Made by a program: the position numbers and the translations under genes
The notes under the pieces: model-generated
What the model was told of the DNA's origin: nothing
What the model saw: only the letters and a program-made list of their open reading frames with translations
Databases searched by the model: none
From: Caldisericota bacterium
GTDB lineage: Bacteria > Caldisericota > JANLFM01
NCBI GenBank assembly: GCA_024655965.1
Contig: JANLFL010000001.1
Span: 22,049-86,048 of the forward strand
Length of the DNA stretch: 64,000 nt
Direction of reading: 5' to 3'
In this document: positions 45,421 to 54,337 of the stretch, one piece after another
Numbering within the stretch: position 1 is the stretch's first letter
Layout of the letters: each line of letters starts with the position of its first letter

Positions 45421-46485
45421 TCAATCTTTAAATCCCAGGGCCATGATGAGGTCTTCGGCGGTCACACCAGGCATTTCCTTTTCCCTCGATTCGATGAAAC
45501 TCTCCACCCTTGGAAGAAGCTCAAACTTTTCTCTTCTTGAGCCAATTAGGCTCTTCTCTAACTTTTCGGAAAGAGCAAGGCGAGGAATCAAGGTGAAATC
45601 CCCACTGATTGAAAGATCCTTAATCCTTCCTCCAATCGGTGGGCCTTCCACCTCCTGGACAGAACGGATTAAACCGCCCCGGGCTTTATGTTGACCGAAA
45701 ATCAAGTTTAGCCCTGATTTAATCTTCAATGAATCAACGACAGGCTTCCTTTTTCCGAAGAGGAACTCCGGTTTTTGCATTTCCCTCTCCAGGGCTTCCG
45801 CCCTTCTGAGGAAATCGGGAGGAAGTTCTCCCTTCTCAAGGGGTCCGAGGACCTTTTTGAACTCGGAGATCAGGACCTCCTCGACCTCCCTTCTGTCCGG
45901 AAGTTCCCCGAGTTCCTTTTTCATGGTGGTGAGGTTTTCCTCCAGGGTCTTGAAGACCTTATCCCTCCATTTCTCGTCCGGGATCTTTGCTACCTTTGAC
46001 ATGGTCCGATAATCGAAATCCATGAGCATGGATCCCACGAATACCATGCATTCGCCAATATCCGCCCCACCTTCGCCCCCGATCTTCTTCCCTTCGGGGG
46101 TAACGAGGTCGTTTATCTCCCGGAATCGGGCCTTGATCCCAAAGTGTTCGTGCGCCCGGCACGGTGGTTCAGAGAAAAGCTCATATGCCCCTTTTATGGT
46201 CTGGGGAAATTTCTTGTTCTTGCGGGAGTAAATCACCTGATAAAAAATTTGGTTCTCGTCGAGGTAGGTGGTCCCACCACCGACCTCCCTCCGGAAGAGA
46301 GGCAAACCGGAGTTCTTCAAATAATCGAGGTCCACTTCCTGGAAGGCATCCTGAAAATACCCAATGCTGATAATCGGTTTCTCGGGGGAGACGATAACCA
46401 GGGCTTCTGCCCCCTCTCGCGCAAGCTGGTGAAAGATGACCATCGAGAGGAGGCGGGGCATGCGATCAAGGCGGAAGAGATACAT
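45421..46485 (-). CDS. lplA: lipoate--protein ligase family protein (BPL/LPL catalytic domain)
   Basis: Motifs RREVGGGTTYLD and GKKIGGEG (lysine motif). 354 aa. Confidence 0.7.
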   Translation of the reverse strand: MYLFRLDRMPRLLSMVIFHQLAREGAEALVIVSPEKPIISIGYFQDAFQEVDLDYLKNSGLPLFRREVGGGTTYLDENQIFYQVIYSRKNKKFPQTIKGAYELFSEPPCRAHEHFGIKARFREINDLVTPEGKKIGGEGGADIGECMVFVGSMLMDFDYRTMSKVAKIPDEKWRDKVFKTLEENLTTMKKELGELPDRREVEEVLISEFKKVLGPLEKGELPPDFLRRAEALEREMQKPEFLFGKRKPVVDSLKIKSGLNLIFGQHKARGGLIRSVQEVEGPPIGGRIKDLSISGDFTLIPRLALSEKLEKSLIGSRREKFELLPRVESFIESREKEMPGVTAEDLIMALGFKD

Positions 46486-46494
46486 TTCCTTGCC

Positions 46495-46911
46495 CTATTT
46501 GGCTTTCTTCCGGATTTCCTCTTCCATCCACTTCAAAGCGGCTTCCCCTTTGAAGAGATTGTCCAGTTCCGAAGGGTCAGAAGCTTTGAGCTTGAAAAGC
46601 CAGCCCTCACCATAGGGGTCGAGGTTGGCGAGCGAGGGAGTGTCAACAACTTGAGAATTGACCTCCAGAATCGTCCCGCTTAAGGGGGAGTAGATCTTTC
46701 CCACCCATTTCCCGGTCTCCACGGTTCCAACCACGTCGTCCTGGGAATACTCATCGCCCTCAGAGGGAAGTTCAAGATAGGAGATCTCTCCGGCGAGTTT
46801 CTGAAAAAAATCGGTGACGCCGACCGTTGCGACATCACCTTCCATCCTTACCCAGAAGTGCTCCTTGTGGTACCAGAGGTCTTCTGGCAGCAGGTAACCC
46901 CCTACTTCCAT
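46495..46911 (-). CDS. gcvH: GcvH-like lipoyl-carrier protein
   Basis: Motifs HFWVRMEGDVATVGVTDF and VETGKWVGKIYSPLSGTILEVN (lipoyl-Lys context). ATG 46911 has a cgaaggagga RBS; the extension to 46977 is rejected. Confidence 0.8.
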   Translation of the reverse strand: MEVGGYLLPEDLWYHKEHFWVRMEGDVATVGVTDFFQKLAGEISYLELPSEGDEYSQDDVVGTVETGKWVGKIYSPLSGTILEVNSQVVDTPSLANLDPYGEGWLFKLKASDPSELDNLFKGEAALKWMEEEIRKKAK

Positions 46912-46976
46912 TGCGGTTCCTCCTTCGAAATTGATCCTCAAATTTGAAGGGCACGTAAGAATCCACGATTGAAACA

Positions 46977-46986
46977 ATTATAACCA
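46977..46986 (-). promoter_or_regulatory. candidate extended -10 promoter for the gcvH-to-flxA operon
   Basis: The minus strand reads TGGTTATAAT, about 65 nt upstream of the gcvH ATG, inside the only large AT-rich gap (46912-47118). Confidence 0.35.
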
Positions 46987-47118
46987 AAAGGAAAATAAAA
47001 TTCCCCATTTTTTAAACAAAATATTTTATTAAAAGGTTTTAAAAGGGGATTGTTAAACTTCAGGGGGTCCCGCAGAAATTGAGTAAAATTTGAAATAGAA
47101 AATTTTACTTATAGATTT

Positions 47119-47523
47119 CTATTTTTTGTGGGAGCAGATTTCCGTGAGCACAGAATTCGTGGACCGGGGGTGAAGGAAGAAAATCCAAGTATCATGGGAG
47201 CCTTCCCTGGGCTCCTGGTCGATAAATTCAAACCCCAGCGTTTTATATTCCCTCATCTGCCCCTCGATATCCTCGGTCTCAAAAGCAATGTGATGAAGAC
47301 CCTCGCCCCTCTTCTCCAGGAATTTCCCAATTGCACTGTCAGGGGAGGTGGGCTCGAGGAGCTCAACATGCACATCCCCAATCTCGAACATGGCAACTTT
47401 CACTTTTTGAGAAGGGACCTCCTCAATTCCCAGAAATTTCATTCCCAGGTTTTTAAAAACCGGAATGCTTTTTTCCAGGGAGTTAACAGCAATTCCAACG
47501 TGCTCGATTTTTTTAAGCATCAT
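47119..47523 (-). CDS. mce: methylmalonyl-CoA epimerase (VOC family)
   Basis: 134 aa. Motifs IEHVGIAV, VELLEP and GLHHIAF. Confidence 0.85.
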   Translation of the reverse strand: MMLKKIEHVGIAVNSLEKSIPVFKNLGMKFLGIEEVPSQKVKVAMFEIGDVHVELLEPTSPDSAIGKFLEKRGEGLHHIAFETEDIEGQMREYKTLGFEFIDQEPREGSHDTWIFFLHPRSTNSVLTEICSHKK

Positions 47524-48452
47524 TCATCCTCCTTCAGGGTGTCGGTGATTTTTTTGATTAATCCTCGAACAGTCTCGGGGGAATACCGGTCAAATGATTC
47601 GGGTTTTAATGAATCCTCAACCTTCATCCGGAAAAAATTCATCAAAGATTGGAAAACTTGAAAATAAGCCTGCCTCCTTCGCTTCTTTTCAAGTACTTCC
47701 AGGAAATTCTGGTTTTTCGGGATCCCTTTTAAGAACTCCCAGAGCTCGTCAAGCCCCTCTCCGGTTAAAGCATCAGTGGAAAAAACAGGGGGGATCCACC
47801 TGGCGTTCAAAAAACGGGGGGAACTACCGATCAGCGATTCGAGCTCCATCCGGAGTTTTTCCGCTCCCGGAAGGGTGCACTTGTTGATCAGGAAAAAATC
47901 CGCCACCTCCATCAAACCGGATTTCATCGCTTGAATATCGTCTCCTAAATTGGGGACGAGAACCACCCCCACCAGGTCAGCCAGGTACATCACCTCGACC
48001 TCCGCTTGCCCTACCCCCACAGTTTCCAAAAGAAGGAAGTCGAAGCCGTAGTAATCCATTAACTTGACCGAGGTAACAATTCCCGGGGAGAGCCCGCCAA
48101 GATGGCCCCTGGAGGAAAGGCTCCTGATAAATACCCGAGAAGGATCAAAATCCGGGATGGAGATCCTCAAGCGGTCAGCCAGGAGAGCTCCTCCGGAAAA
48201 TGGGCTGGAGGGATCAACCGCCAGGACGCCAACTGAAAAGCCTTCCTTAACTGCGCGAGAAATGATGCTCCTGATCAGGGTGCTCTTGCCGGATCCCGGA
48301 GGCCCGGTGAGGCCAATTTTATAACTTCCCGGGGGCTGGGAGATAATTTCTCCAAAAACCCTCTCGCAGGAAAGAGGATCGTTTTCAGCCAAGGAAATCG
48401 CCTTGGCCAGGGCCCTTAAATCTTTCCTTTTAAGGCCCTCAAGAAGCTGCAT
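47520..48452 (-). CDS. meaB: methylmalonyl-CoA mutase-associated GTPase
   Basis: P-loop [12 protein letters not shown], then ETVGVGQ and NKCT-like INKC. Confidence 0.85.
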   Translation of the reverse strand: MQLLEGLKRKDLRALAKAISLAENDPLSCERVFGEIISQPPGSYKIGLTGPPGSGKSTLIRSIISRAVKEGFSVGVLAVDPSSPFSGGALLADRLRISIPDFDPSRVFIRSLSSRGHLGGLSPGIVTSVKLMDYYGFDFLLLETVGVGQAEVEVMYLADLVGVVLVPNLGDDIQAMKSGLMEVADFFLINKCTLPGAEKLRMELESLIGSSPRFLNARWIPPVFSTDALTGEGLDELWEFLKGIPKNQNFLEVLEKKRRRQAYFQVFQSLMNFFRMKVEDSLKPESFDRYSPETVRGLIKKITDTLKEDE

Positions 48453-48846
48453 CCTTCAAGGTTTTCTCGATGAAGGCGGTCACCTGATCGATGGTCGTTC
48501 CCGGAGGGAAGATCTCCCTGATTCCCCTGGATTTCAAATAAGGGATATCATCTGCGGGAATTACCCCTCCCCCGAAGACCACGATGTCCTCCGCCCCCTT
48601 CTCCTTTAAAAGCTCCACAACTTTGGGAAAAAGCTGGTTGTGGGCACCGGAAAGAAGGCTCAAACCGACAAATTGAACGTCCTCCTGGATTGCCGCCTTC
48701 ACGACATCCTCAGGTGTTTGCCGGATGCCCGTGTAAATTACCTCGAACCCTTCGTCCCTTAAAGCCTGGGCGATGTACTTTGCCCCCCTATCGTGACCGT
48801 CAAGTCCGACCTTGGCAATTAAAATCCGGATTTTTCCTTTCTCCAT
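48439..48846 (-). CDS. methylmalonyl-CoA mutase, B12-binding small subunit
   Basis: B12-binding DxHxxG context [13 protein letters not shown]. 135 aa. Confidence 0.85.
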   Translation of the reverse strand: MEKGKIRILIAKVGLDGHDRGAKYIAQALRDEGFEVIYTGIRQTPEDVVKAAIQEDVQFVGLSLLSGAHNQLFPKVVELLKEKGAEDIVVFGGGVIPADDIPYLKSRGIREIFPPGTTIDQVTAFIEKTLKDAAS

Positions 48847-48855
48847 TTTCCCCCT

Positions 48856-50520
48856 CTAAAAGATGACCTGCTGTTGGTATTCGCCGAAAACTTTCCGCAA
48901 GGCCCCGGTGATTTCCCCCAAAGTAGCGTATGCTCTCACTGCCTCGATAAAATGCGGGATCAGGTTCTCCTCGGTGGAAGCGACCTCCTCAATTTTTTGA
49001 AGGATGGCCTTCACCTTCCCGGAGTCCCTCTTTCCCTTCACTTCATTAATCCTGGCGATCTGGAGGTCCCGGAGTTTTGGATCGACCTTTAAAATTTCCT
49101 TCGGGGGTTCCTCATCGGTCTTGAACTTGTTCAACCCGACGATGATTCTCTCCCCGTTTTCGATGCTCTTCTGGTATTTGTATGCGGATGCCTGAATTTC
49201 CCTCTGGATGTAGCCCTGTTCGATGGCCTCAACCATGCTCCCCATTTTTTCAATCCGCTCAAGATACTCCACCGCTTTTCTTTCTATCTGATCGGTGAGG
49301 TACTCAAGGTAATAAGAGCCCCCGAGGGGGTCAACCGTACTGGTTACCCCTGACTCGTAGGCGATGATCTGCTGGGTCCTTAAGGCGATCTGAACGGATT
49401 TTTCCGTGGGGAGCCCCAGGGCTTCGTCCATGGAGTTGGTATGAAGGCTCTGGGTGCCACCCAGGACCGCCGCAAGGGCCTGAATTGCCACCCTGACGAT
49501 GTTGTTGTCCGGCTGCTGGGCAGTGAGGGTTGAGCCTCCAGTCTGCGTGTGGAAGCGGAGCATCAGGGAACGGGGGTCCCTTGCCTGGAACCTCTCCATC
49601 ATAATCCTCGCCCAGAGCCTCCGCGCTGCCCGAAATTTGGCCACCTCTTCCAGGAGGTCGTTGTGGGCGGCGAAGAAAAAGGAAAGCTGGGGGGCGAACT
49701 GATCGATGTCCATCCCCGCCTTTTGAGCAGCCTTGCAGTACTCGATCGCGTCGGCAAGCGTGAAAGCAACTTCCTGAACTGCATCCGCCCCCGCCTCGCG
49801 AATGTGATATCCGGAGATGGAAATTGGGTTCCACTTGGGCATTTCCCTGGCGCAGAATGCCAGGGTGTCCACGACCAGGCGCATTGAGGGCTTGGGAGGG
49901 AAAATGTAGGTCCCCCGGGCGATGTATTCCTTGAGAATATCGTTCTGAATTGTCCCCCGAAGCTGGGAACGGGGAACCCCCTGCTTTTCCGCAACCGCGA
50001 TGTACATAGATAAAAGAATTGCCGCCGGGGCGTTGATGGTCATGGAAGTGGAAACCTTATCCAGGGGAATGCCATCGAAAAGCACTTCCATATCCGCCAG
50101 GCTGTCGATCGCCACACCGACCTTTCCCACCTCTCCTTCAGCCAGGGGGTGGTCGGAATCGTATCCCACCTGAGTGGGAAGGTCGAAAGCCACGGAAAGC
50201 CCGGTCTGACCTTGATCGAGGAGGTACTTGAACCTTTTGTTTGACTGCTCCGCGGTCCCGAACCCAGCGTATTGCCTCATCGTCCAGAGCCTTCCCCGGT
50301 ACATGTTCGGGTATACCCCCCTGGTGAAGGGGTATTCACCGGGAAATCCTAACTTTTCAAGATACTCCTCCTCCCTGAATTCCAGGGGGGTATAGAGGGG
50401 GTCCACCTTATTTCCGGAAACCGTGGAGAATTCCTTTTCCCTTTCCGGGGACTTAGAAACGAAATCCTTTAAAGTGGAGCCCTGCCAGCGCTCCTTCTCT
50501 TTTGCGATTCTTTCTCCCAT
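48856..50520 (-). CDS. methylmalonyl-CoA mutase, large catalytic subunit
   Basis: 554 aa. Motifs [23 protein letters not shown] and [15 protein letters not shown]. Confidence 0.9.
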   Translation of the reverse strand: MGERIAKEKERWQGSTLKDFVSKSPEREKEFSTVSGNKVDPLYTPLEFREEEYLEKLGFPGEYPFTRGVYPNMYRGRLWTMRQYAGFGTAEQSNKRFKYLLDQGQTGLSVAFDLPTQVGYDSDHPLAEGEVGKVGVAIDSLADMEVLFDGIPLDKVSTSMTINAPAAILLSMYIAVAEKQGVPRSQLRGTIQNDILKEYIARGTYIFPPKPSMRLVVDTLAFCAREMPKWNPISISGYHIREAGADAVQEVAFTLADAIEYCKAAQKAGMDIDQFAPQLSFFFAAHNDLLEEVAKFRAARRLWARIMMERFQARDPRSLMLRFHTQTGGSTLTAQQPDNNIVRVAIQALAAVLGGTQSLHTNSMDEALGLPTEKSVQIALRTQQIIAYESGVTSTVDPLGGSYYLEYLTDQIERKAVEYLERIEKMGSMVEAIEQGYIQREIQASAYKYQKSIENGERIIVGLNKFKTDEEPPKEILKVDPKLRDLQIARINEVKGKRDSGKVKAILQKIEEVASTEENLIPHFIEAVRAYATLGEITGALRKVFGEYQQQVIF

Positions 50521-50550
50521 TTGATTCCTCCAGAGGTTTAGGAAAACGAT

Positions 50551-52050
50551 TTATTCAATTTCGGTCAAACCGACTTCGAAATCCTGATCCCCGATCCGGA
50601 TGATGAACCTCTTCTGAGGATGACCGTCGGGGGTGGGGAGGGTGGTCTTCAAAGCCTCCTCCCTGACCTTCTTCTTGAGGGGGTCTTTCTGGGCTTCGAA
50701 GAACTCCTTGGCAACCTTGGGGTAAAGGGCGTAAGTCAGGATGTCCTCCTCCTTGTCGGAATAGGGCTCCATTTCCTTCCTGGCTTTTTCCCATTCCGGA
50801 GGAAGGTAATCGGCTGGCCTTCCCTCGATCGGTTTCTCATCCCCGATAGCTTTCTTCATCACCGTGGGGTCAATGGGAGCGGGGGTCCTTCCGTAAAGGC
50901 CCCGACAGAGGTCCTTTACCTCCTGAATGATGATCTTGTACCGCTCGCCGGCGAGGACGTTCATGGTCGCTTGAGTACCCACGATCTGGGAGGTGGGCGT
51001 GACCAGAGGAACATAGCCAAGTTCAGCCCGCACCCTGGGGATTTCCCTCAACACGTCCTCGAACTTGTCGAGGGCGTTCTGCTTCTCGAGCTGGTTCACC
51101 ATGTTGGAGAGCATCCCTCCAGGGACCTGGTAAACCAGAGCCCGGACGTCAACCCTCTCGGCAATCGGGCTGAGGAGGCTCTTGTAAGCGGTATCCTTGA
51201 TTTCCTGGAAGTAATCAGCGATCTCCAGGAAGTGGCTCTTGTCGATCCTCAACTTGAAACCGGCATCCTGGAGCATTTCCACCATGGTCTCGGTGGGGGG
51301 TTGGGAGGTCCCCATGCTGAATGGAGAAATGGCGCAGTCGATGATATCCACTCCGGCTTCCGCTGCCTCAAAGTAAGCGGTGGGGGCCATTCCCGTGGTG
51401 CAGTGAGAGTGGAGGCAAACGGGAAGGCCGATTTCCGCCTTTAACCTGCTCACAAGCTCAGAGGCGGCACGGGGGGTGATCAGTCCAGCCATATCTTTGA
51501 TGGTGATGATGTCGCACCCCAGTTCCTTCAATTCCCGGGCGAATTTCACGAACCCCTCGATGGAATGGACAGGGCTTAAAGTGTAGCTTAAAGCCCCCTG
51601 GACGATGGCTCCGGTTTTCTTTGCCACGACGATGGCCTTCTCCATGTTCCGGATGTCGTTCAAGGCGTCAAAAATGCGGAAGACGTTGATCCCCAATTCC
51701 GCGGCCTTATTGATGAAGCGCTCGAGGATGTCATCGGGGTAATGCTTGTAACCCACGAGGTTCTGCCCGCGAAGGAGCATCTGCAACTTGGTATTCTTGG
51801 CGTATTTTTTGAAGACCCTGATCCGATCCCAGGGGTTTTCATCCAAAAAGCGAATCATCGAGTCGAAGGTCGCCCCGCCCCACATTTCGAATGACCAGTA
51901 ACCCACCTGATCCATCTTCTCGATCATGGGGATCATGTCCTTAGTGCGCATCCGGGTGGCGATCAACGACTGGTGAGCGTCGCGGAAACCGGTTTCGGTT
52001 ATCTCAACGAGGTGATTTTTTCCCTGCACAATTTTTCCTTCCATGCTCAT
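50551..52050 (-). CDS. carboxyltransferase 5S subunit (oxaloacetate decarboxylase alpha / pyruvate carboxylase B-like)
   Basis: Motifs ETGFRDAHQSL and CLHSHCTTGMA. No biotinyl domain of its own. Confidence 0.85.
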   Translation of the reverse strand: MSMEGKIVQGKNHLVEITETGFRDAHQSLIATRMRTKDMIPMIEKMDQVGYWSFEMWGGATFDSMIRFLDENPWDRIRVFKKYAKNTKLQMLLRGQNLVGYKHYPDDILERFINKAAELGINVFRIFDALNDIRNMEKAIVVAKKTGAIVQGALSYTLSPVHSIEGFVKFARELKELGCDIITIKDMAGLITPRAASELVSRLKAEIGLPVCLHSHCTTGMAPTAYFEAAEAGVDIIDCAISPFSMGTSQPPTETMVEMLQDAGFKLRIDKSHFLEIADYFQEIKDTAYKSLLSPIAERVDVRALVYQVPGGMLSNMVNQLEKQNALDKFEDVLREIPRVRAELGYVPLVTPTSQIVGTQATMNVLAGERYKIIIQEVKDLCRGLYGRTPAPIDPTVMKKAIGDEKPIEGRPADYLPPEWEKARKEMEPYSDKEEDILTYALYPKVAKEFFEAQKDPLKKKVREEALKTTLPTPDGHPQKRFIIRIGDQDFEVGLTEIE

Positions 52051-52055
52051 CCTCC

Positions 52056-52472
52056 CTACTCCACGAGGATCATCGTCTCGCCGGAATTCACGTTCTGCCC
52101 CTCCACAACCAGCACTTCCTTCACCCTTCCCGGAAATGGGGCGGCAATTTCGGTTTCCATCTTCATGGCCTCAAGTTTCAAAATCACGTCCCCTTCCTTG
52201 ATCTCCTGTCCGGGCTGGCAGAGAATCTTTAAGACTGTCCCGCTCATCGGAGCCTGCACTTTTTTCAGTCCGGAAATCTCCGAGACCTTGGGCTTTCCTG
52301 AAGGGGGTTGGGGCACCTGGGGCATCTGCACGGGGATGCTTTTTGGTGGGGGCGGAGTCGGAGGGGGTGAGGTTTCCACGGCAGGCGAAATGGAGGTGAC
52401 CCTTTTTGTGACCTCCTCGACCTCCACCTCGTAGGTCTTGTTATCCACTCGGATCAAATACTTTCGGGTCAT
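52056..52472 (-). CDS. biotin carboxyl-carrier protein (1.3S-type) with a Pro-rich linker
   Basis: Biotinylation motif LEAMKMETEI. PPPTPPPP linker. Confidence 0.85.
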   Translation of the reverse strand: MTRKYLIRVDNKTYEVEVEEVTKRVTSISPAVETSPPPTPPPPKSIPVQMPQVPQPPSGKPKVSEISGLKKVQAPMSGTVLKILCQPGQEIKEGDVILKLEAMKMETEIAAPFPGRVKEVLVVEGQNVNSGETMILVE

Positions 52473-52478
52473 CTTTCT

Positions 52479-52664
52479 TTATCCTTTCACACGGGTCATA
52501 TTCAATCGCCTTCCCTCCAGGCCCCAGAGGTTGATCTGGGATAGCTGGACGGGTTTTATGGAAACAACCTTGAAGGAGAACTTCTCGTCGCGAAGGTATC
52601 GGGCTAAGGCAGCCGCGATAACCACTTTGATCTCCGGAGGAATGGTGTCCTTTTTTTCTTCCAT
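52479..52664 (-). CDS. small protein of the carboxyltransferase operon (OadG-C-terminal-like motif, no TM helix)
   Basis: 61 aa, tightly packed between the 12S and 1.3S genes. Motif VVIAAALARYL. Confidence 0.4.
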   Translation of the reverse strand: MEEKKDTIPPEIKVVIAAALARYLRDEKFSFKVVSIKPVQLSQINLWGLEGRRLNMTRVKG

Positions 52665-52678
52665 TTTCTCTCCCCTCC

Positions 52679-54235
52679 TTAAAGGGGAATGTTCCCGTGT
52701 TTTTTGGGAGGAGCCTGGTCCCTCTTCGTCCTGAAGATTGCCAGGGCCGATGCGATCCTCCCCCTGGTTTCCTCTGGGGGGATCACAGCATCGACATAAC
52801 CTCTCTTTGCGGCTTCGTAGGGGTTGGAAAAGAGCCTCTCGTAATCCTCGGTGAGCTCCTTTCTCTTTTCTTCGGGGTTGGAGGAACTCTCAATTTCCCT
52901 CTTGAAAATGATGTTGATCGCCCCCTGAGCGCCCATGACCGCGATCTCCGCCTGAGGCCAGGCGAGCATCAGGTCGCAACCCAGGTCCTTGTTGCACATG
53001 GCGATATGCGCCCCCCCGTAGGATTTGCGAAGGGTCACGGTGATTTTGGGGACTGTGGCTTCCGCATATGCGAAGAGCAATTTTGCCCCGTGTCGAATAA
53101 TCCCCCCGTGCTCCTGCTGTTTTCCGGGCAAGTACCCGGGGCAGTCCACCAGGGTAACGAGGGGAATGTTGAAGGCATCGCAAAACCGCACGAAGCGAGC
53201 TGCCTTGTCCGAAGAATTGATGTCCAGGCAGCCTGCGAGAACCTGAGGTTGGTTTCCGATGATCCCCACGGTCATTCCGGCGATCCTCCCAAAACCGACA
53301 ACGATGTTGGGGGCGAAGAACTCCTGGACCTCCAAAAAATCTCCGTTGTCCACGATATGGGAAATCACATCCTTGATGTTGTAAGGGATTTTGGGGTTGG
53401 TAGGAACTAGTTCCCTCAGGTCGTAAACGATCCTTCCAGGGTCATCCCCGGTATCAAACACCGGGGGATCGTCGAGGTTATTGCCCGGGAGGAAGGAAAG
53501 AAGCCTCCGCACTCCTTGGAAGCATTCCTCCTCGGAATTAAAGAGAAAGTGGGCATTTCCGGAGACGCTGGAGTGGACCATCCCTCCCCCCAGTTCCTCG
53601 ACGCCGATTTCCTCGCCGGTAACCGCCTTGATCACCTGGGGACCGGTGATGTACATGTTAGAGACCTTATCGACCATGAAGACGAAGTCAGTAATTGCTG
53701 GTGAGTAAACCGCCCCTCCAGCGCAGGGACCCAGGATGATGGAAATCTGAGGGATTACCCCCGAGGCCCTGGTGTTGCGGAAGAAAATCTGCCCGTAGCC
53801 GTGAAGGGAATCAACCCCCTCCTGAATTCTGGCCCCTCCGGAATCGTTAATCCCGATCAGGGGGACCCCCATTTTCATCGCCATGTCTTGCATCTTGGCG
53901 ATTTTCATGGCGTGAGCTTCCCCAAGAGAACCTCCGGCGAGGGAAAAATCCTGGGAGAAGAGGAAAACCGGCCGTCCGTTTATCAGCCCGTAACCCGTGA
54001 CCACGGCATCCGCGGGAATCTCCACCTTGTCCATTCCAAAGTTGGTGCATCGGTGCTGGACGAAAGCGTCATATTCGATGAATGAATCGGGGTCAACAAG
54101 GAGTTCGATCCTTTCCCTGGCGGAGAGCTTCCCCTTCTCGTGCTGTTTTTTTGCCCTCGTGCCATCGGCGTCAATGATGTTTGCCCTTTTCTCCTCCAAC
54201 TCCCTGATCAACTGTTTGATAGTTTTTTCAGCCAT
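52679..54235 (-). CDS. methylmalonyl-CoA carboxyltransferase 12S subunit / acyl-CoA carboxylase beta
   Basis: 518 aa. Motifs DSGGARIQEG, GPCAGGAVYSP and GYLPG..QEHGGIIRHGAK. Confidence 0.9.
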   Translation of the reverse strand: MAEKTIKQLIRELEEKRANIIDADGTRAKKQHEKGKLSARERIELLVDPDSFIEYDAFVQHRCTNFGMDKVEIPADAVVTGYGLINGRPVFLFSQDFSLAGGSLGEAHAMKIAKMQDMAMKMGVPLIGINDSGGARIQEGVDSLHGYGQIFFRNTRASGVIPQISIILGPCAGGAVYSPAITDFVFMVDKVSNMYITGPQVIKAVTGEEIGVEELGGGMVHSSVSGNAHFLFNSEEECFQGVRRLLSFLPGNNLDDPPVFDTGDDPGRIVYDLRELVPTNPKIPYNIKDVISHIVDNGDFLEVQEFFAPNIVVGFGRIAGMTVGIIGNQPQVLAGCLDINSSDKAARFVRFCDAFNIPLVTLVDCPGYLPGKQQEHGGIIRHGAKLLFAYAEATVPKITVTLRKSYGGAHIAMCNKDLGCDLMLAWPQAEIAVMGAQGAINIIFKREIESSSNPEEKRKELTEDYERLFSNPYEAAKRGYVDAVIPPEETRGRIASALAIFRTKRDQAPPKKHGNIPL

Positions 54236-54300
54236 CGTTTCTACCTCACTTGTTAGGTGGCACGAAATTATCTGAAACAGGAAAAAGCTTCATTGCTTGG

Positions 54301-54306
54301 ATTATA
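54301..54306 (-). promoter_or_regulatory. candidate -10 box for the methylmalonyl-CoA pathway operon
   Basis: The minus strand reads TATAAT, about 65 nt upstream of the 12S ATG, in the 102-bp gap after birA. Confidence 0.35.
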
Positions 54307-54337
54307 AATGAAAGGCGGGTTTTTGAAAAGAAAAAAT

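Noticed and set aside
46912-46977. 22-aa extension of gcvH, and similar extensions of the malic enzyme (36478-36519), the DUF1461 gene (15785-15841) and rlmD (23479-23532)
   Set aside because: For gcvH, the malic enzyme and the DUF1461 gene the internal ATG has a good Shine-Dalgarno sequence, and all the internal starts remove overlaps. The extensions have no homologous sequence character.
47093-47124. Inverted repeat aaatagaaa ... tttctattt at the epimerase stop codon as a terminator
   Set aside because: The 9-bp stem is mostly A/T (a single G-C pair), has a 14-nt loop and overlaps the coding end. It is too weak to call, though some transcription termination before the gcvH promoter remains possible.
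50521-50550. Cobalamin riboswitch upstream of the B12-dependent mutase genes
   Set aside because: The gaps around the mutase genes are 30 nt or less, and the operon leader (54236-54300) is too short and lacks B12-box-like sequence.
50620-51444. 274-aa plus-strand ORF inside the 5S carboxyltransferase gene; also 52697-53410 inside the 12S gene, 46144-46683 inside lplA, 36995-37540 inside the flavoprotein gene and 30186-30722 inside hdrA
   Set aside because: They are antisense to strongly motif-supported genes, Gly/Pro/Leu-rich, and have no motifs or ribosome-binding sites.
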